In this document: positions 55,719-64,000 of the stretch, piece by piece | Layout of the letters: every line of letters starts with the position of its first letter | Numbering within the stretch: the stretch's first letter is position 1 | DNA from: the human T2T-CHM13v2.0 reference genome, Homo sapiens | DNA length: 64,000 bases | NCBI RefSeq assembly: GCF_009914755.1 | Contig: NC_060939.1 | Strand: one strand, 5' to 3' | Notes under the pieces: generated by a model | Seen by the model: the letters and a program-made list of their open reading frames with translations, nothing else | Database searches by the model: none | Told to the model about the DNA's origin: nothing | Made by a program: the position numbers and the translations under genes

Positions 55719-55967
<249 letters not shown>

Positions 55968-57344
55968 TGAGTCATAGTGCTGAACTAGGCCCAGGACAGT
56001 GGACTGTAGGGGGACATGACATACTGAGACGCCAGCTGGGACAACCAAGGAAGTACTGGCATCACTCCTACCCTAACCCCAGGCTGAACAGCTTGTGACT
56101 CCAAAAGAGACCCCTTCCTTCTATTTGTGGAGAGGAAAGAATGGAAAGGACTCTGCCTTGCATTTTGGATGCCAGCTCAGCCACAGTAGGATAGGGCACT
56201 AGTTAGACTCATGAGGCCACCGATCTAGGCCTTAGCTCTGAGATGACATTTCCAGATACATCCTAGGCCAGAAGGGAACCTGCTGCCTTGAAGGAAAGGA
56301 TCCAGTCCTGGCAGCATTCATCACCTGGTAACTAAAGAGCCCTTGGGCCCTGAGGAAACATTGGCTTAAAGTCTGGCACTACTCCTCCTGGATTGGGGTG
56401 GTGGTGGCTACAAAGTAAGGCTCCTCTGCCTATGAAAAGGGGAGGAAAGAGTAGGAAGGATTGTGTCTTGTGGTTTAAGTGCCAGTTCACCACAATACAA
56501 TACAACACCAGGTAGACTTCTAATGTTTTTGACGCTAGTTCCTGGCTACAGGACAGCATCTCTGTACCCACATGAGGACTAGGAAAACTTGCCACACTAA
56601 AGGGAAGGACTGTGTTGCCTTCATCTATGACCCAGCACAATCATAGTGGTGGTGGCCACAGTGGTGTTTGTGTTACTCTGCCATCAGCTTTAGGTGGCTC
56701 AAAACAGAGACAGAGACTCTGTATGTTTGAGAGAAAGTAAAGGAAGAGAACCAGAGCCTTTGCCTGGTAATCCAGAGAATTCTCCCAGATCTCATCCAAG
56801 ACCGTCAAAGCAGTACTTCTACAAGTCTGCAAGAACCACAGTGTCACTGGACTTGGGGTGCCCACTAAAGTAAATACACTGAGAGCACAACAAGCACATC
56901 CTTTCAAATATCTAGAAAGCCTTCCCAACAAGGATGGCTACAAATAAGCCCAGACAGTGAAGACTGCAATAAATGCCTAACTCTTCAAAACCCATACACT
57001 GAAGAACATCTACTAGCATCAAAACCATCCACGAAAACATGAGCTCACCGAATGAAATAAGGCACCAGTAACCAGTCCTGGAGAAACAGAGATATGTGAC
57101 CTTTCAGGCAGAGAATTTAAAATAGCTGTGAAGAGACTCAAAGAAATTCAAGAAAACACAAAGAAGGAATCCAGAATTCTATTAGATAAATTTTAAAAAG
57201 AGACTGAAATAATTTAAAAGAATCACGCAGAAATTCTGGAGCTGAAAAATGCAACTGGCACACTGAAGAATACATCAGAGTCCTTAATAGCAGAGTAGAT
57301 CAAGCAGAAAGAATTTTTGAGCTTAAAGACAAACAATTTGAAAT

Positions 57345-59210
57345 GAATTCAGCAAAGTTTCCATTACAAAATTAATGCCCTGCTAGACAGCAACAGTGAC
57401 CAAGCTGAGCATCAAATCAAGAACTCAACCCCTTTTACAATAGCTGCAAAAATAAAATACAATACTTAGGAATAACTTAACCAAGGAGGTGAAATACCTC
57501 TATGGTGAAAATTACAAAACCTTGCTGAAAGAAATAATAGACAACACAAACAAATGGAACACATTCCATGCTCATGGATAAGTAGAACCAATATTGTGAG
57601 AATGACCATACTGTCAAAAACAATCTACAAATTAAATGCAATTCTCACCAAAATACCACCATCATTCTTCACAAAACTAAAAAAAAAAATCATAAAATTC
57701 TTATGAAACCAAAAAAGAGCCTGCATAGCCAAAGCAAGACTAAACAAAAAGAACAAATCTGGAGACATTACATTACTTGACTTCAAACTATGCTGTAATG
57801 CTATAGTCACCAAAACAGCATGGTGCTGGTATAAAAATAGACTTATGGGCCAAGGGAAAAAAACAGAGAACCCAGAAATAAATCCAAACACAGCCAATTG
57901 ATCTTCAACAAAGCAAACAAAAACACAAATGGAGAAAGAGACCCTATTTAACAAATGGTGCTGGGGAAATCGGCAGGCAGCATCTAGAAGAATGAAACTG
58001 GATCTTCATCTCTCACCCTATACAAAAATCAACTCAAGATGGATCAAAGACTTAAATCCAAGACCTTAAACCATAAAAATTCTAGAAGATAACACTGAAA
58101 AAAAAAACTCTTTTAGACATTGGCTTAGGCAAAGATTTCATGACCAAGAACCCGAAAGCAAACACAACAAAAACAAAGATAAACAGATGGGACTTAAGCT
58201 AAAAAGTTTCTGCAGAGCAGAACAAATAATCAGCAGAGTAAATGGAAAACCCAGAGTGGGAGAAAATCTTCACAATCTACACATCTGAAAAATGACTAAT
58301 ATCCAGAATCTACAAGGAACTCAAACAAATCAGCAAGAACAAAGCAAACAATCCCATCAAAAAGTGGGTTAAAGACTTCAATAGACAATTCTCAAAGGAA
58401 AATATACAAATGGCCAACAAACATATGAAAATATTCTCAACATCACTAATTATCAGGGGAATGTAAATCAAAACCACAGTGCAATACCACCTCACTCCTG
58501 CAAGAATAGCCATAATCAAAAAATCAAAAAATAACAGATGTTGGTGTGGAAGTGGTGAAAAAGGAACACTGTTACACTGTGGATGGAAATGTAAAATAGT
58601 ACAACCACTATGGTAAACAATGTGGAGAATCCTTAAAGAACTACATCTACCATCTGATGCAGCAATTCTACTCCCGGGTATCTACTCAGAGGAAAAGAAG
58701 TCATTATATGAAAAAGATACTTGCACATGCATGTTTGTAGCAGCACAACTTGCAATTGCAAAAATATGGAACCAGCCCAAATGCCCGTCAATCAATGAGT
58801 GGATAAAGAGAATGTGATACACACACACACACCGTGGAATACTACTCAGACATAAAATTGAATGAAATAATGGCATCACAGCAACCTGGATGGAATTATA
58901 GATAATTATTCTAAGTGAAGTAACTCAGGAATGGAAAAATCAAACATTGTAATTCTCACTCAGAAGTGGGAGCTAAGCTATGAGGATGCAAAGGCATAAG
59001 AATGATACAATGGACATTTGGAGACTCAGAAGAAAGGGTGAGAGAGCGGTGAGGGATAAAAGACTACACATTGGGTACAGTGTACACTGCTTGGGTGATG
59101 GGTACATTAAAATCTCAGAAATCACCACTAACAAAATTATTCATGTAACCAAACACCACCTGTTTCCCAAAAGCATATTGAACTATTTAAAAATGTTTAA
59201 CAAGAACAGA
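57345..59210 (+). mobile_element. 5'-truncated L1PB1/L1PB2 nested in ORF1 of the host L1
   Basis: Abrupt switch from ORF1 (caatttgaaat) to late ORF2 (gaattcagcaaagtttc). L1PB 3'UTR gagggataaaagactacacattgggtacagtgtacactgc...aaacaccacctgttt; host ORF1 resumes at gaaaatacacagaggagac. Confidence 0.88.
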
Positions 59211-62200
59211 AAATACACAGAGGAGACAAAACAAAAAAGAATGGGAAACAACGAAGCCTGCCTGCAGTATTCAGAAAGTAGGTTCAAAAGGGCAAATCTA
59301 AGAGTCATTGGCCTTAAAGAGGAGGTAGAAAAAGAGATGGGCATAGAAGGTTTATTCGAAGGAATAATAATAGAGAACTTCCTAAACCTACAGAAAGATA
59401 TCAATATCTAAGAACAAGAAGGTTACACAACACCAAGCAGATTTAACCCAAAGAAGACTACCTCAAGGCTTTTAATAATCAAACTCCCAAAGGTCAAGAA
59501 TAAAGGATCCTAAAAGCAGCAAGTGAACAGAAACAAATAACATACAACGGAGCTAGAATACATCTGGCAGTAGATTTTTCAGAGGAAACTTTACAGGCCA
59601 GGGGAGAATGACATAACATATTTAAAGTGCTGAAGGAAAAAAAAAAACTTTTATCCTAGAATAGCATATCTGGTGAAAATATCCTTCAAACGTAAAGGAG
59701 AAATGAAGACTTTCCCAGAAAAACAAAAGCTAAGGGATTTCATCAATATCAGACCTATCCTACAAGATACACTAAAGGGAGCACTTCAGTCAGAAAGAAA
59801 AGGATATTGACGAGCAATAAATAATCACCTAAAGGTACAAAACTCACTAGTAATAATAAGTGCATTGAAAAACTACAACATTTCCAGACATAGTCAGTAC
59901 AATAAGATATAAATAGAAACAACAAAAAGTTCAAGAGTGAGGAAAAAGTTTAAGACATAAAGCTGTTATTAGTGTTCCTTTTGCTTGCTTGTTGGTTTCT
60001 GCAAATAATGTTAAGTTGTTATCAGGTTAAAATAATGGGTTACAAGATAGTATCTGCAAGCCTCATGGTAACCTCAAACCAAAAGAGACATACAATGGAA
60101 ACAAAAAATTAAAAAGCAAGAAACTAAAGCACATCACTAGTGAAAATCACCTTCCCTAAAGGAAGACAGAGAGGAAACAAAGAAGAGAAAACCCCAAAAT
60201 AAACAGAAAGCAAAAACAAAATGGCAGGAGCAAGTCCTTACTTATCAACAACAACATTACATGTAAATGGACTTAAGTCTTCAATCAAAAGACAGACAGA
60301 CTGGTTGACTGCATGAAAAAAAAAAAAAAAGAACCATTTAGCTGTTGCTTGCAAGAAACACACTTCACCTGTAAGGACACACACAGATGAAAATAAAGGG
60401 ATGGAAAAAGTTATTCCATGCCAATGGAAACCAAAAGGGAGCAGGAGTTTCTATACTTAAGACGAAATAGATTTCAAGACAAAAACTGTAGGAAGAGACA
60501 AAGAAGGGCACTATATAACAATAAAGGGATCAATAGAGCAAGAATTTATAATAATTTTAAATACATATGCACCCAACAGAGGAGCACCCAGATATATAAA
60601 CAAAATATTATTATAGCCGAAGAGGGAAATAAGCTTCAATACAATAATAGCTGGAGACTTCAATACCCCACTTGCAGCATTGGACACACCTGGCAGACAA
60701 AACATCAGCAAAGAAACATCAGATATAATCTGCACTATAGACCATATATATCTAATAGATATTTACATAACATTTCACCCAAGAGCGTCAGAATACACAT
60801 TCTTTTTCCTAAGCACATGGATCATTCTCAAGAGAAGACCATATGTTAAGTCACAAAACAAGTCTTAAAACATTCAAAAAATCTGAAATAATATGGAACA
60901 TCTTCTCTGACTGCAATGAATAAAACTAGAAATAACAGGAGCAATTTTGGAAACTCTAAAAATGAATTCAACTATATGCTCCTGAATGACCAGTGGGCCA
61001 ATGATAAAACTAAGAAGGAAATTGAAAGATTTCTTGAAACAAATGATAACAGAAACACAACATACCAAAACCTGTGGGATACAACAAAAGCTGCACTAAG
61101 AGGGAAGCTGATAGCTCTAAGTGCCTATATCAACAAGAGGAAACACTTCAAATAAATAACGTAACAATGCATCTTAAGGAACTTAAAAAGCAACAGCAAA
61201 CCAAACCCAAAATTAGAGAGAGAAAAGAAATAACAGAGATCAGAGCAGAAATGAAATTTAAATGAAAAAAAAAACATAAAAGATGAATGAAACAAGAAGT
61301 TGGTCTTTTGAAGTTAAATTGACAAGCCTGTAGCCACAGTAAATAAGAAAGAGAGAAGATACAAATAAATCAAATCAGATGTGAAAAAGGAGATATTACA
61401 GCTGATACTGCAGAAATTCAAAGGATAATTAGCAGCTACTATGAGCAACTATATGTCAATAAATTGTAAAACCTACAAGAAATGGACAAATTCCGAGATA
61501 TATGCAACCTACCAAGACTGAACCAGGAAGAAATCCAAAACCTGAACAGACCAATAACACATACCGAGATTTAAGCCGTAACAAAAAGTCTCCCAGTAAA
61601 GAAAAGCCAGGGACTTCATGGCTTCACTGCTCAAACTGTTAAACAATAACTAATATCAATCCCACTCAAAGTATTTCAAAAAATACAGGAGGAGGGAATA
61701 TTTCCAAAGTCAATTTACGAAGCCAGTATTGCCGTGATACCAAATTCAGACAAAGACACATCAATAAAAGAAAACTACAGACCAAAATCTCTGATGAATA
61801 TTGTTGCAAAAATTCTTAACAAAATACTAGCAAACCGAATTCAGCAATACATTGGAAAGATCATTCATCATGACCAAGTGGGATTTATCCCTGGGATGCA
61901 AGGATGATTCAACATATGCAAATCAATCAATGTGATACATCGTATCAACAAAATGAAGAATAAAAACCATATGATCATTTCAATTTATGCTAAAAAAGGA
62001 TTTGATAAAATGTAAACATCCCTTCATGATTTAAAAATAAACCATCAAAAGCTGGGTATAGAAAGAAAATACCTCAATATAATAAAAGCCTTATATGACA
62101 GACCCATAGCATTATCATACTGAAGGGGAAAAAACTGAAAGGCTTTTTTAAAGACCTAGAATGCAACAAGGTTGCCCACTGTCACCACTGTTACTCGACA

Positions 62201-64000
62201 TTGTACTGGAAGTCCTAGCTAGAGCAATCAGATGAGAGAAAGATATAAACTGCATTGAAATTGGAAAGGCAGAAGTCAAATTATCCTTCCTTGCAGATGA
62301 TATGATCTTACATTTGCAAAAACTTAAAGGACTTCACAAAAAAACTATTAGAACTAATAAAAATTCAGTAAAGTTGCAGAATACAATATCAACATATCCA
62401 AATCAGTAGCATTTCTATATGCCAACAGTGAACAATGCAAAAAAGAAATTTAAAAAGTAATCCCATTTACAATATCCACACATAAAATTAAATAGGAATT
62501 AACAGAGACGTAAAAGATTTCTAAAATGAAAACTATGAAACACTAATGAAATAAATTGAACAGGACACCAAAAAAATGGAAAAATATTCCACGTTCATGG
62601 ATTGGAAGAATCAATATTGTTAAAATGTGCATACTAGCCAAGGCAATTTACAGATTCAATGCAAGCCCTATAAAAATACCAACGACGTTCTTCACAGAAA
62701 TGAAAAAAAATCCTATTATTGAAATGTATACAAAAAAACTCAGAATAGCCAAAGCTATCCTAAGAAAAAAGAACAAACCTGGAGGAATGATATTACCTGA
62801 CAGGTAACCAAAACAGCATGGTACTTGCATAAAAACAGACACATAGACTAATGGAACAGAATACAGAACCCAGAAACAAACCCACACACCCACAGTGACT
62901 CAGTTTTGACAAAGGTGCCAAGAACACACACTGGGGAAAAGCTAGTCTCTTCAATAGATGGTGTTGGGAATCCTGGATATCTGTAGGCAGAAGAATGAAA
63001 CTTGACCCCTCTCTGTGACCATATACAAAAATCAAATCACAATGGATTAAAGACTTAAATCTAAGACCTCAATTTATAAAACTAATAAGAGAATAGATTG
63101 GTGAAACGCCAGGACTTTGGTCTGGGCAAAGATTTCTTGAGTAATATACCCAACAAGTGCAGGCAAGCAAAACAAAAATGGACATATGGGATCATACAAA
63201 GTTAAAAAGCTTCTGCACAGCAAAGGATACAATCAACAAAGTGAAAGAGACCACCCAAAGTATGCGGGAAAATATTTGCAAACTACCTCTCTGACAACAG
63301 ATTAATAACCAAAATATATAAGCAGCTCAAACAACTCTATAGGAAAAAATATAATAATCTGATTAAAAATGGGCAAAAGATTTGAATAGACATTTTTCAA
63401 AAGAACACATACAAATGGCAAACAGGCATAGGAAAAGGTGCTCAACATCAATGAGCCTCAAAGAAATGGAAATCAAAACTTTAACAAGATATCATTTCAC
63501 CCCAGCCAAAATGGCTTATATCCAAAAGACATACTATAACAAGTGCTGATGAGGATGTGAAGAAAAGGAAATCCTGTACACTATTGGTGAGGATGTAAAT
63601 TGGGACAATCTCTATGGAGAACAGTTTGTAGGTTATTCAAAAAACTAAAATTTGAGCTATTGTATGATCCAGCAATCCCATTGCTGGGTATATACCCCGA
63701 AGAAAGAAAAACAGGATATTAAAGTGATATCTGTACTTCTGTGTTTGTTGCAGGACTGTTTATTATAGCTAAGATTTGGAAGCAACTTAAGCGTCCATCA
63801 AGAGATGAATGCATAAAGAAAATGTGGCACACATACACAATGGAGTACTATTCATCCTTAAAAAAAGAACAAGATCCAGTTATTTTCACAAACATGGATG
63901 AAACTGGAGATCATTATGTTAAGTGACTTAAGCCAGGAACGGAAAGACAATGCACATTCTCACTTATTTGTGGGGTTCAAAATTCAGAATAATTGAACTA

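Overview
Primate genomic DNA (Alu, L1PA, THE1, MER11 and LTR28-type elements), AT-rich and dominated by transposable-element fossils. It is not prokaryotic: I see no CRISPR array, rRNA, tRNA or recognisable intact protein-coding gene, and almost all long ORFs in the track derive from L1, LTR or Alu sequence. The left half (1-33.7 kb) mixes unique DNA with MER6, ERV and MaLR LTRs, Charlie fossils, MIR/L2, two Alus and a deletion-riddled minus-strand L1MA. The right half (33.7-64 kb) is a nearly continuous stack of plus-strand L1s, including one full-length but dead L1PA5/6 (44971-51113). Three signals are not explained by repeats. (i) An ancient ~140-bp tandem duplication at 7.4/7.8 kb that keeps a minus-strand splice acceptor, stop codon and poly(A)-like signal. 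(ii) A hand-assembled chain of short, frame-compatible minus-strand exon candidates that could end in those duplicated units and lies downstream of the L1 antisense promoter. (iii) A CArG/TATA/E-box/MEF2 promoter-like island at 28.3-28.8 kb. These three are hypotheses, not established genes. Repeat subfamily names come from recalled consensus sequences and need RepeatMasker/Dfam confirmation.
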